A stretch of 64,000 nucleotides of DNA, taken from assembly GCA_963664825.1 (NCBI GenBank), contig OY761614.1, forward strand, positions 2,944,001 to 3,008,000, read 5' to 3'. Positions 30,752 to 40,934 of the stretch are shown one piece after another. The first letter of the stretch is position 1; each line of letters starts with the position of its first letter. This DNA comes from an uncultured Holophaga sp. GTDB taxonomy: Bacteria; Acidobacteriota; Holophagae; Holophagales; Holophagaceae. Below the pieces are notes generated by a model. It was not told the origin of the DNA, made no database searches, and was given only the letters and a program-made list of their open reading frames with translations. Position numbers and translations under genes: made by a program.

Positions 30752-32176
30752 TAATGCCGCTCACTTAGGGATTTTATAGACAAAACGGACGTCGTATCTC
30801 GATGGTCGTGATTTGACGAGGCGGGGGCATTGTCGCCCCCGCCTCTCCTCTTTGAGGGCTTCCTTGAGCTGTTCGCGCAGGCGGTGCAGCATGCCTGGGA
30901 TGTTGCCGACAGCCTTGGTCATAGCGGCGAACAGAAGCTGGTGCTGGACGTAATGCAGGGCGCGGATGAAGCTCAGGTCTGTGGGCTGGGCCTTCGCCTC
31001 CAGGGCAGCCTTCGCCATTTCCAGGCGCGCGAGGTTGTAAGCGATCAGGGCCCCCCAGATCTCCTGAGCGATGCCTTCGGGATCCTGACTCCGCAGAGTC
31101 AGTGGGCCGCCCAGCATCGTCTGCTTCAGTTCGCGGTAGCTCGTCTCCACCTCCCAGCGCCGCAGGTCGCAGGCCGCGATGTCGGAAGCTGTGAACCTCC
31201 TCCGATCCATCAACGAGGTCAGTAGGATGCGTTCCCTGCCGTCGGGCAGCACCGTGCGGATGGCCCGGGCCTCCCAGGTTTCGGGAAGCTCCGGGTGCTT
31301 CTTCCGTGCCTGGGGCGAGACCTTCATCTGCACGATGGCATCATCAGATGTGCCGGAGATGACTTCCCACTTCGTGTGGGCCTTGGACGGAATGAGGAAA
31401 TGGCGCTGCTCGCCGTGCAGGGTCAGTCCAAGCAGGATGGCGGCCGAGAAGAATCCCTTGTCGAATACCGTGAGCGAGCGGTCGGGGATGCGAGGGACGA
31501 GTTCCTCGGCGTAGCGCATCTCATTGGTGTCGTATTCCCCGAAGGCCATGTCGGCCACGAGGCGCGTGGGCAGGGCCATCAGGCTGACACCGCGCACCTG
31601 CGGATAGCTCGCGGCCTTCCCGCTGGCATAGCCCTGGGCCCCGAAGAACGCGCGGTTCTCGGGGCTGTCGGGCGTCCGGAAGGTCGTGCCATCCATGGCC
31701 CAGAGCGACAGCCCTTTCCATACGTAGGAGGATGCATCCAGAGCGCACCAGGACTGGGCCGTTCGCTCGAACAGCAGCGCCAGTGGCTTCGCGCCCAGGC
31801 GCTGGCGGGCCTGGGAAATGCCGGCCCGCGTGATTGGGGAGGATGTCCCGTTCGGGAGCACCAGATCGAGGGATTCCAGCACCTCGGACATGGATGTGCC
31901 GCGATAGAGGGCGAGGGCGATCACCAGCCAGACGACCTGCTCCGCAGGCAACCGACGGCGACGGATGCTCGCCGTGCCCGTGCGCGACAAAGACTCCTCA
32001 ATCCAGGCCAGAGGCAGATGTGCCCCCAGCCGACCAAGCCCGTCCGTCGGGAAACCGCTGCAAGCAGCGTCCAGTTCGAATGTCAGGAGAGATGCGTCAG
32101 CCATCTCTGGCTTGTGCAACATCCCTATTGATAAGTACATATAAAAATGCCGCTCAGTGTTAACTGAGCGGTATTA
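30752..32176 (-). mobile_element. IS4-family insertion sequence (1425 bp)
   Basis: Imperfect TIRs TAATGCCGCTCACTTA / TAACTGAGCGGTATTA; 13-bp TSD CGGGGCAACCCGG at 30739-30751 and 32177-32189. Confidence 0.93.
30761..32140 (-). CDS. IS4 family DDE transposase
   Basis: RRRRLPAEQVVWLVI, MDGTT, FDKGF and RWEVETSYRELK motifs; start uncertain. Confidence 0.93.
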   Translation of the reverse strand: MYLSIGMLHKPEMADASLLTFELDAACSGFPTDGLGRLGAHLPLAWIEESLSRTGTASIRRRRLPAEQVVWLVIALALYRGTSMSEVLESLDLVLPNGTSSPITRAGISQARQRLGAKPLALLFERTAQSWCALDASSYVWKGLSLWAMDGTTFRTPDSPENRAFFGAQGYASGKAASYPQVRGVSLMALPTRLVADMAFGEYDTNEMRYAEELVPRIPDRSLTVFDKGFFSAAILLGLTLHGEQRHFLIPSKAHTKWEVISGTSDDAIVQMKVSPQARKKHPELPETWEARAIRTVLPDGRERILLTSLMDRRRFTASDIAACDLRRWEVETSYRELKQTMLGGPLTLRSQDPEGIAQEIWGALIAYNLARLEMAKAALEAKAQPTDLSFIRALHYVQHQLLFAAMTKAVGNIPGMLHRLREQLKEALKEERRGRQCPRLVKSRPSRYDVRFVYKIPK

Positions 32177-32443
32177 CGGGGCAACCCGGCTCTTTCTCGT
32201 TTGAGATGGATATATCCCTCAACGCCCTCATTCAACGTCAGATTTAGAGAACCCATTCATTCAGGTGAGCCATCTTTTCTCGCCAGGGAGAATCGCCACC
32301 GAGAGCCATCAAAGATGGTCTCAATGGGGCTGCGCATTGGGCGGGAAGGATATCTTGCTTAAACGAGTTATGGAAAATCAATTGTATCAACGATACACTA
32401 ATCGGCTTGAATTCGCCCATTAGGGCGCCCATCGGAGTCCAGC

Positions 32444-35400
32444 GTGTTTCGACGATGCTCACTGAGCCTAGCCGTACTATTTCTTTCTGCGTTCCTGCCC
32501 CTATTTGGGGCGGTGACCATCAGCGTTAGTCCCACCACGGCCACTGTGAACCAAGGTGCAACCAAGACCTTCGCGGCTACCGTTGCAGGTTCGACCAATA
32601 CGGCCGTGACCTGGAGTGTGACCACCACAACCGGTGGCGCGGTGAGCGATTCCGGGGTCTACACGGCCCCGATGACGGCGGGCACCTACAAGGTTCGGGC
32701 GACCAGCCAGGCAGATGCCTTGAAATATGCCGAGGCTACGGTGACCGTCCCTGTGGTCAAGGTCACCGTGAGCCCAACTATTGCCACCGTGGCACAAGGT
32801 GGCGCCCAGTCTTTTTCAGCAGCTGTTACCGGGTCGGTTGATACCACGGTTGCCTGGAGTGTGGTCACCGCCGGTGGCGGAACGGTAAGCGAAACAGGGG
32901 TCTACACCGCTCCACTGACCCCTGGCACTTACAAAGTAAGGGCAACCAGCCAGGCAGATGCGACAAAATTTGTCGAAGCCAAGGTCACGGTGCCCGCGAT
33001 CGAGATCTCAATAAGCCCCACCACTGCCACGGTGGATCAACTTGGCATTCAAGCTTTCACCGCCACCACAACAGGGGCGGCGAATACAAACGTCACCTGG
33101 ATTGTGACTTCGGCAGACGGGGGAACAGTGAACCCAACCGGGACTTATACGGCCCCCATGAAAGCTGGCACGTACAAAGTTCGAGCGACCAGTGCGGCGA
33201 ACACTGGAAAGTTTGTCGAAGCTACCGTGACCGTTTCCGAAATTGTGATCGCAGTGAGTCCTATCACAGCCTCCGTAATCCAGGGTGCCACCAGGGCATT
33301 CAAGGCCACCGTAACGGGCATCACGGGAACGGCGAACAAGGCGGTGAGCTGGAGCGCTTCCATCGGAACCATTGACGCGAGCGGAAACTACACAGCCCCA
33401 ACTTCGGCTGGTTCTTGCACTATCACAGCCACTAGCAGCGCTGATGCGACTAAGACAGGAACCGCCACCGTCACCGTTCCGGCGGTCACCATTTCCGCGA
33501 GCCCCACGACCCTGACGCTTGCGCCTGGCGCCACACAAACGTACACGGCCACGGTGGGTGGCACGAGCAACAAGGATGTGACCTGGGCGGCTAGCGGCGG
33601 CAGCATTTCCACGACCGGTATTTTTACGGCGCCTGCCACGCCAGGCCTGTACACCATTACGGCCACCAGCGGCGCCAACACAGCCAAGATTGCCACGGTG
33701 AAAGCAGTCGTGACCGTGGATGGCAATATCGATGTCTCCGGAACGTTCACGAGTCCCCAGGGCAGTCCCATCTTTTATCAATCCGGAACCTCCGTCAGCG
33801 GGTCCTGGGATCGCACTAACGACATGGGATACGTAGCCAACCTCACGGGCACGTTGACCGGCAAGGTGTTTTCCGGCTCCTGGGTCTCCGTGGATGGAAC
33901 TGTGAGTGGGAAGTTCACGCTCACCTTCGGGGCTGACGGTGGGTCTTATACAGGAACCTACGGCAACGCTGAATCAGATGCCGATGGCGGTGCATGGACC
34001 GGTACGCGGAAAAACGGCGTGGTCAGCGTGAAACTCATTCCAGCCTCTGCCGTTTTGAAGCCGGGGGTGACTCAGGCCTTCCAGGCTCTGGTAGCGGGAG
34101 CCTTCGTCAAGACCGTCACCTGGACCACGACTTCTGGCGTCATCGGCCAGGACGGCGTATTCGTCGCGCCTGCCATTCCCGGCCTCTGCACCATCAAGGC
34201 CACCAGCGCCGCGAAAACCACCTCGAGTGCCTCCGCACCGGTCGTGGTGACCATGGACGGCCTTCTGGATATCAGTGGCACCTTCACCAGTCCTCAGGGT
34301 AATCCGACAATCTTTCAGAACGGGTCTGCGATTCAGGGAACCTGGGATAGCACCAGCTATATGGGATATGTCGAAAATTTCTCCGGCACCCTAAACGGCA
34401 ATATCCTTTCCGGTAATTGGAGTTCTCCGGATGGGGCTCAGGGCGGGAAGTTTACGCTGACCTTTGCTGCAGACGGGGGCTCTTACTCGGGAACCTACGG
34501 AAATGGTGATTCCGACTCCGATGGAGGAACGTGGACCGGCACGCGTCAGAGCGGCGTGGTTAGCGTGAAACTCATCCCAGCCTCTGCCGTTTTGAAGCCG
34601 GGGACGACTCAGGCCTTCCAGGCCCTGGTCGCGGGAGCCTTCGTCAAGACCGTTGCCTGGACCACGACCTCTGGGGTCATCGGCCAGGACGGCGTATTTG
34701 TCGCGCCTGCCATTCCCGGCCTTTGCACCATCAAGGCCACCAGCACCGTAAAAACCACCGCCAGTGCCTCTGCACCGGTCGTGGTGACCATGGACGGCCT
34801 TCTGGACATCAGTGGCACCTTCACCAGTCCCCAGGGCAATCCGACAATCTTCCAGAACGGGTCTGCGATTCAGGGAACCTGGGATAGCACCAGCTATTTG
34901 GGTTATGTCGAAAATTTCTCCGGCACCCTAAACGGCAATATTCTTTCCGGTAATTGGAATTCTCCGGATGGGGCTCAGGGCGGGAAGTTTACGCTGACCT
35001 TTGCTGCAGACGGGGGCTCTTACTCGGGAACCTACGGGAATGGTGACTCCGACTCCGATGGAGGAGCGTGGACTGGCACACGGAAAAGCGGCGTGGTTAG
35101 CGTGAAACTCATTCCAGCTTCCGCCGTTTTGAAGCCGGGGACGACTCAGGCCTTCCAGGCTCTGGTTGCGGGAGCCTTCGTCAAGACCGTCACCTGGACC
35201 ACGACTTCTGGGGTCATCGGCCAGGATGGCGTATTCGTCGCGCCTGCCGTTCCCGGCCTTTGCACCATCAAGGCCACCAGCACCGTGAAAACCACCGCCA
35301 GTGCCTCCGCACCGGTCGTGGTGACCATGGACGGCCTTCTGGATATCAGTGGCACCTTCACCAGTCCTCAGGGCAATCCGACTATCTTTCAGAACGGGTC

Positions 35401-38400
35401 TGCGATTCAGGGAACCTGGGATCGCACTAGCGACATGGGATACGTAGCCAACCTCACGGGCACGTTGACCGGCAAGGTGCTCTCCGGCTCCTGGGTCTCC
35501 GAGGATGGCACTGTGAGTGGGAAGTTCACGCTCACCTTCGGGGCTGACGGGGGCTCTTACTCGGGAACCTACGGAAATGGTGATTCCGACTCCGATGGAG
35601 GAGCGTGGACCGGCACGCGCCAGAGCGGTGTGGTGAATGTGCGGGTCCTTCCGGACTCCTCCATTCTTCAACCCGGAGGGACTCAGGCATTCCTGGCATT
35701 GGTCGCGGGTAGCTATGTGAAGGACGTCACCTGGAATGCCACTAGCGGAACCATTACACCGCAAGGCATGTACACCGCCCCATCCACCCTGGGGGTCTGT
35801 ACCCTGAAAGCCACAAGCACCGTGGCCACCACCAAGAGTGCTTCTGTCCCGGTGATCATCAGCGCGGATGGTCAGATCGATATCTCGGGCACCTTCACCT
35901 GCCCTCAAGGGAATGCGCTCCTCTATCAATCGGGCAACCAGATCCAAGGGGATTGGGACACCACCGCTTTGTATGGCCTGGCTTCCCGCCTCACTGGAAC
36001 ACTGAATGGCCGCACGTTCACCGGATCCTGGTCCACACCGGACAATGCTTATTCAGGGCAGTTCCTGCTGGTCTTTGGTGCAGATGGTTCATCTTTCACG
36101 GGTTCCTACGGCAATGGTGTTTCGAATTCCGACTCCGGTGAGTGGGCAGGGTCTCGCCAGCCGGGTGTCGTCACCCTGAAGGTTCTTCCTGCCGGTGCTG
36201 TCCTCGCGCCGGGTGCAACCATGCAGTTCCAGGGATTGGTGGCAGGGAGCTATCTGAAGACCGTGAATTGGGAGGCCAAGGGTGGAGGATCCATCGCCGC
36301 GGACGGTACCTATACGGCCCCAACGGCACCAGGGTTCTATTCCATCGAGGCCACACCAACTGCGGATACCACCCAGAAAGTGAGCGTCTCCATCGAAGTG
36401 ACGGCCGATGGGAAGCAGGATGTATCCGGATCCTTCACCACCCCCTTCGGGGATTTGGTGCTGTTTCAATCCGGGACCGCCATCATGGGAACCTGGACGA
36501 ACAGCCAGGTTGGCGGCGCATGCCAAGTGAATGGCACCCTTCAGAATGGCCTCGTAACCGGGACCTGGGTCCTGGGCACGGATGCGAACCAGAATGGTGG
36601 ATTCGCCTTCACCTTCAATCCTGATGGATCTACCTTTAGCGGATCCTTTGGCATGGGTGCTTCGTCTACCGACTATCTATTGACCGGCACGCGCCAGAAT
36701 GGTGTGGTCCTGATCAAGCTCGACCCCAAGTCCGCCATCCTGGCGCCTGGGGGCACCCAGACCCTCACGGCGCTTGTGGCAGGCACACCCGACAAGTCGA
36801 TCACTTGGTCCACCACGAACGGAACCCTGAGCGGCAGTGGTTCCTCAGTGCAATTCACGGCGCCCGCTCAGGAAGACACCGTCACCGTTACGGCCGTGAG
36901 TCCCCAGTTCGCGGGCGTTTCAGCCCAGAGCACGCTGGTCGTGACCCAGGGCATCTCCGTTGTCATCAACCCCAAGGCGGCGCTCATGGCGCTCGGTGCG
37001 AAGAAACAATTCACGGCAACCGTGAGTGGCGTCGCGAACCAGGCCGTGGCTTGGAATGCCACCCTGGGAACCATCGATGGGGCGGGCCTGTACACGGCTC
37101 CATCCGCGCCCGGAACCGACACGATTACGGGCACGAGCCAAGTTGATTCCAGCAAATTCGATCGTTCCACGGTGGTCGTGATCGCGCTTCCCGCCATCAC
37201 AAGCTTCACGGCGACCCCGGCTCTCATCACGCTGGGCAGCGGGAGCATTTTGAGTTGGACGGTGACAGGCGCAACGAGCATCACCCTCGATCACGAGATC
37301 GGAGACGTTTCCGCCCTCACCACCAAGAACGTTTCACCAACCCAGAACACGACGTACACGCTCACGGCCACGAATGCTGCGGGGAGTGTGACGCGGCCCG
37401 TAAACATTCAAGTGGTCGCCCCCAAGGCCACCCTGTCGATCAATCCCAGCGCCATTACCTTGGGGCCTGGCTGCAGCACCACCTTCGCCGCCACGCTCTA
37501 CATGCAGGGAACCAGCGATCGCACTCTGCTATGGACCGCGACCGGGGGCAACCTTATGCCGAACGGTGCCACGGCTTACTACACCGCACCTACGACGCCG
37601 GGTACCTACTTGGTGCAGGTCCGGGCCGCCGCAGATCCCCGGCTTCAGGATGCAGCCACCGCCACGGTGACGGTGGTCGCGGGCGGCGGGGGTATTCCTC
37701 CCGGTGGTGGAGGTCCTGGCTCCTCCACCACCGTTTCGGTGAGCCTCTATCCCAAGACTCTCAAGTTGAATGCCGGGCAGAAATTCACTTTCGAGGCAAC
37801 GGTGGTTGGCTCCAGCAATACGGCCGTGGATTGGCGCCTAGCCAGCACCAAGGGCGAAGCGACGCTGAGCCAGACCGGAGAATTCGAGGCTCTGCGGCCC
37901 GGAACCTACGAGCTGCTCGCCATCAGCCAGGGGGATTCTTCAGCCCAGGATGGTGCCACGGTCACCGTGGAGAGCACAGCCAAGGACACCGGTCTGACTC
38001 TGGGGTCGGGGAGCAGTGCCATCGCCCTGCCTGATGGACGGATTTTTGTAAGCGGGGGGTACCAACCCGAGGCCACCGCGAGCCTTTACGACCCCGAAAC
38101 GGGTGATTCCCAGCCCCTGGGATCCACTCTACAAAAAAGGGTGTGGCCCGGTTTGACCCTCATGGATGACGGTCGTGTGCTTTTGATGGGGGGTGCCAGA
38201 AATCTGCAGTGGGATGACAGCTCTAAGACATGTAAAGACGACGTAGTAGCGGAGTTTTTCGACCCCCTGACCCAAAAATTCGAGGCCCAAGTGGTTTCAT
38301 GGCCGGGATGGACAAATTGCGGCATCTCTAGCGCCTACTGCGACTACAACAACAACAACAACAACTACTACTACAACAACAACTACTACTACTACTACTA

Positions 38401-40930
38401 CTACTACGGCGGCGGCTACTATATGGGTATGGATAATATATTAGGCCCCAATCTGATTCCTCAGGTAAACGACCCCCAGGCATCAGGATACACTGGCTAC
38501 TATGGATACTATGGATACTATGGCTACTATGGCTACTATGGCTACTATGGCTACAATGACTACAATGGCTACAATGGCTACTATGGCTACTATGGCTACA
38601 ATGGCTACAATCCACCTGATGTCTCCCCCGATGCACTCCGTGCCTGCTCGGCCTCCAATGCCATGGACCAGCCTCTTCTCAACAAGGTTTCCTTTACGTA
38701 CGTGAAGAATGAGGATAACAATGGTTTTTATTACGGGGATAACTGGTATCTCTATCCCTGCCGAAGCATCCGCAATGCTGATAATCAGATAACAAATTAC
38801 TACCATTACGTCCCCCAATCGGCTTTCCATCTCAAGGGAGGGGAAATCTTGTTCAGGGGCGGCCTCTACCGCTATTCCACGCAGGTCCTTCGCGACGATC
38901 CAAATAACCCTGGATGGTGGCGGATCGCGCAGGGCGCTCCCGAGAACCCGGCCTCTCGGATTTCTTCCTGGGCCTACAATCCCGCCACCCATAGCTGGCG
39001 AACCCTGGGGAAGACTCTGGAGGATCGCAACCAGCCTTCCTTCGCGGATCTGCCTGACGGAAAGGTGCTCGTTTCGGGAGGCATTGAGACCGATTACCCC
39101 AACCCCACCAATGATGAGGGGGCGACACAGCGCATTGAACCCCGCGCGGAGGTCCTGGATCTCGCCACGGGGGCCTGGTCCTATACCGGAGCCATGATCC
39201 AACCCCGCTATGGCCACGCCAGCCTCTCCCTGCCGGATGGCAAGGTGCTCATCGTTGGAGGACACTACTACGCTGCCCCCGGCAGTACGGATACGCGATA
39301 CGCCGATCTGGTGGAACTCTACGATCCGGAAACCGGGACCTTCCAGGCGGTGGAAAAGCTCATCTATGGCCTGAATTACCCCAAGCTGATTCTCAATAAG
39401 GATGGGCGTGTCTTCCTGCTGGGAGATCGGATTCCCCTGGGTCCCGATCCCCTGGATCAAACCACGTCTAACCTAGCGCGAGGTAAGGCCGGTCTGGCAT
39501 TTGCCTCAGGAGCGGGTGATCCCGTGAGCGGACCGGCGCTGGTGGAGATTGATTTGCACCAACCTGTGCTTGCCGTGGACTTTGTCACGATTAACCAAGG
39601 TGTTGAACGACATCTGTATGACACGGCGCAATCCTCTCAGGACACGCGCTTGACCTTCCGGAAAGATGTTCCCAAGATTGCAGGGCGCCCGATGAGGATT
39701 GGCGCACATGTAAGTGGCTGGAAATTCGATGCCAAGGGGAAGCGCATTCCCCTTAATGCTGTGACAGTCAGGGCATGGCTAGATAACAACTCGGATGATC
39801 CAATGGCTCCTGGTTCACTTCCATGGCAGGTGCCAGTGCTGGCGAGCCACACTAAGGTGCCACCTCTTACACCAAACCGTTTCGGCGAAACGGATTCGAA
39901 TAAGGTCTACTACTTCGACATTGATTCGAGCAATCTTGACAAATTGACTAACAATGCAAAACTGAGGCTCTATCTATCTCCAGCTCTCGGTGATTTGGTT
40001 CCCAAAGGTAACGTTCTTAATTCGTACGAAGAGTCCCAACCCATGGGGCTCGCCTACACACCTAAAATGGACGTGCACTTGGTTCCCATTGCATACACCT
40101 ACGGGACTGGTGAAAACAGCTGCACTTCGACGATGTCGAATACTGATCTCGCAGCTTTTGCAACTCGCATCGGATTACTTAACTCAATCAAGGCCATGTA
40201 CCCCGTCTCCCATGTAGATGCGACTGGTCAACCCCTGGTGAGCGTCCAGGTGAATCCATTTGGGATTTCGGCAACATGGAATGAGGAGTCGGCAAGCGCC
40301 GCGAGCAATGGCGCGAGACGGGGTGCGCTCTACGATGCAAATCAGACAACACGGGAGAGTAATGGCAATGTAATGCGTGTGGAGCTTCAGGAACCACCCG
40401 ATCCAGCGGATCCCGCCATGTCCATGCCCAGGCCGCAATACGCAAGCACCATGGTGCAAGGCCGAAGCAACAATACCTATGTGATCGGCGTCGTTCAGAG
40501 CATTCAGGGGCATACCTTCCCGGGCACAGGGGGTGCCACTTACATTGCAGGCCTCGGCTCACGGGGGTTCCATTGGGCCTGGACCATGGCAGATCTCGAC
40601 GAGAATGGCCAAGTTGTGGCCGATAATCACGCGGCCATTACAGTCCTTCACGAGTTGGGGCATGCGAACGGTGCGGCCCATGCGCCCATTGGGGCCTCGG
40701 ATAATTTTGATCCCATCTGGGCGAGCTTGCTGAACGGGATTTATGGAAATGCGGGCATCGGAGTCCCGGGGTTTTCGTTTTATCCCTTGCCGTGGCGAAC
40801 CTTACCCGTCCTGACCACCGACAAGGATATGATGTCGTACGCGCCGGATGGAACGCGCTGGATCTCAGACTACAATTTTAGTGTGATTTTCAAACAGCAA
40901 GATAACAACGATATTTACGTCAAAGAGTGA
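32444..40930 (+). CDS. Giant secreted protein: Ig-like repeats, repeated beta-barrel modules, Kelch propeller, C-terminal Zn metallopeptidase
   Basis: Signal peptide; V.WS....G....G.YTAP Ig repeats; LPDGRIFVSGG / LPDGKVLIVGG Kelch blades; HELGHANGAAH and Met-turn DMMSY. Confidence 0.88.
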   Translation: MFRRCSLSLAVLFLSAFLPLFGAVTISVSPTTATVNQGATKTFAATVAGSTNTAVTWSVTTTTGGAVSDSGVYTAPMTAGTYKVRATSQADALKYAEATVTVPVVKVTVSPTIATVAQGGAQSFSAAVTGSVDTTVAWSVVTAGGGTVSETGVYTAPLTPGTYKVRATSQADATKFVEAKVTVPAIEISISPTTATVDQLGIQAFTATTTGAANTNVTWIVTSADGGTVNPTGTYTAPMKAGTYKVRATSAANTGKFVEATVTVSEIVIAVSPITASVIQGATRAFKATVTGITGTANKAVSWSASIGTIDASGNYTAPTSAGSCTITATSSADATKTGTATVTVPAVTISASPTTLTLAPGATQTYTATVGGTSNKDVTWAASGGSISTTGIFTAPATPGLYTITATSGANTAKIATVKAVVTVDGNIDVSGTFTSPQGSPIFYQSGTSVSGSWDRTNDMGYVANLTGTLTGKVFSGSWVSVDGTVSGKFTLTFGADGGSYTGTYGNAESDADGGAWTGTRKNGVVSVKLIPASAVLKPGVTQAFQALVAGAFVKTVTWTTTSGVIGQDGVFVAPAIPGLCTIKATSAAKTTSSASAPVVVTMDGLLDISGTFTSPQGNPTIFQNGSAIQGTWDSTSYMGYVENFSGTLNGNILSGNWSSPDGAQGGKFTLTFAADGGSYSGTYGNGDSDSDGGTWTGTRQSGVVSVKLIPASAVLKPGTTQAFQALVAGAFVKTVAWTTTSGVIGQDGVFVAPAIPGLCTIKATSTVKTTASASAPVVVTMDGLLDISGTFTSPQGNPTIFQNGSAIQGTWDSTSYLGYVENFSGTLNGNILSGNWNSPDGAQGGKFTLTFAADGGSYSGTYGNGDSDSDGGAWTGTRKSGVVSVKLIPASAVLKPGTTQAFQALVAGAFVKTVTWTTTSGVIGQDGVFVAPAVPGLCTIKATSTVKTTASASAPVVVTMDGLLDISGTFTSPQGNPTIFQNGSAIQGTWDRTSDMGYVANLTGTLTGKVLSGSWVSEDGTVSGKFTLTFGADGGSYSGTYGNGDSDSDGGAWTGTRQSGVVNVRVLPDSSILQPGGTQAFLALVAGSYVKDVTWNATSGTITPQGMYTAPSTLGVCTLKATSTVATTKSASVPVIISADGQIDISGTFTCPQGNALLYQSGNQIQGDWDTTALYGLASRLTGTLNGRTFTGSWSTPDNAYSGQFLLVFGADGSSFTGSYGNGVSNSDSGEWAGSRQPGVVTLKVLPAGAVLAPGATMQFQGLVAGSYLKTVNWEAKGGGSIAADGTYTAPTAPGFYSIEATPTADTTQKVSVSIEVTADGKQDVSGSFTTPFGDLVLFQSGTAIMGTWTNSQVGGACQVNGTLQNGLVTGTWVLGTDANQNGGFAFTFNPDGSTFSGSFGMGASSTDYLLTGTRQNGVVLIKLDPKSAILAPGGTQTLTALVAGTPDKSITWSTTNGTLSGSGSSVQFTAPAQEDTVTVTAVSPQFAGVSAQSTLVVTQGISVVINPKAALMALGAKKQFTATVSGVANQAVAWNATLGTIDGAGLYTAPSAPGTDTITGTSQVDSSKFDRSTVVVIALPAITSFTATPALITLGSGSILSWTVTGATSITLDHEIGDVSALTTKNVSPTQNTTYTLTATNAAGSVTRPVNIQVVAPKATLSINPSAITLGPGCSTTFAATLYMQGTSDRTLLWTATGGNLMPNGATAYYTAPTTPGTYLVQVRAAADPRLQDAATATVTVVAGGGGIPPGGGGPGSSTTVSVSLYPKTLKLNAGQKFTFEATVVGSSNTAVDWRLASTKGEATLSQTGEFEALRPGTYELLAISQGDSSAQDGATVTVESTAKDTGLTLGSGSSAIALPDGRIFVSGGYQPEATASLYDPETGDSQPLGSTLQKRVWPGLTLMDDGRVLLMGGARNLQWDDSSKTCKDDVVAEFFDPLTQKFEAQVVSWPGWTNCGISSAYCDYNNNNNNYYYNNNYYYYYYYYGGGYYMGMDNILGPNLIPQVNDPQASGYTGYYGYYGYYGYYGYYGYYGYNDYNGYNGYYGYYGYNGYNPPDVSPDALRACSASNAMDQPLLNKVSFTYVKNEDNNGFYYGDNWYLYPCRSIRNADNQITNYYHYVPQSAFHLKGGEILFRGGLYRYSTQVLRDDPNNPGWWRIAQGAPENPASRISSWAYNPATHSWRTLGKTLEDRNQPSFADLPDGKVLVSGGIETDYPNPTNDEGATQRIEPRAEVLDLATGAWSYTGAMIQPRYGHASLSLPDGKVLIVGGHYYAAPGSTDTRYADLVELYDPETGTFQAVEKLIYGLNYPKLILNKDGRVFLLGDRIPLGPDPLDQTTSNLARGKAGLAFASGAGDPVSGPALVEIDLHQPVLAVDFVTINQGVERHLYDTAQSSQDTRLTFRKDVPKIAGRPMRIGAHVSGWKFDAKGKRIPLNAVTVRAWLDNNSDDPMAPGSLPWQVPVLASHTKVPPLTPNRFGETDSNKVYYFDIDSSNLDKLTNNAKLRLYLSPALGDLVPKGNVLNSYEESQPMGLAYTPKMDVHLVPIAYTYGTGENSCTSTMSNTDLAAFATRIGLLNSIKAMYPVSHVDATGQPLVSVQVNPFGISATWNEESASAASNGARRGALYDANQTTRESNGNVMRVELQEPPDPADPAMSMPRPQYASTMVQGRSNNTYVIGVVQSIQGHTFPGTGGATYIAGLGSRGFHWAWTMADLDENGQVVADNHAAITVLHELGHANGAAHAPIGASDNFDPIWASLLNGIYGNAGIGVPGFSFYPLPWRTLPVLTTDKDMMSYAPDGTRWISDYNFSVIFKQQDNNDIYVKE
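34022..35632 (+). repeat. 537-bp intragenic tandem repeat (three near-identical units, divergent ones flanking)
   Basis: GT(C/T)AGCGTGAAACTCAT... at 34022, 34559 and 35096. Confidence 0.9.
38342..38422 (+). repeat. In-frame trinucleotide microsatellite (AAC/TAC/GGC)
   Basis: GAC TAC (AAC)6 (TAC)3 (AAC)3 (TAC)8 (GGC)3 TAC TAT. Confidence 0.95.
38495..38611 (+). repeat. 13 x 9-bp in-frame tandem repeat (GYY/GYN)
   Basis: GG(C/A)TAC(T/A)AT units, one GAC variant. Confidence 0.95.
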
Positions 40931-40934
40931 CGCC

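Noticed and set aside
38384..38434. Resemblance of YYYY..GMD to antibody JH segments
   Set aside because: Low-complexity coincidence; no evidence of homology
38342..38611. Complete DGR or CRISPR array
   Set aside because: No reverse transcriptase, template repeat, unique spacers or cas genes in the window
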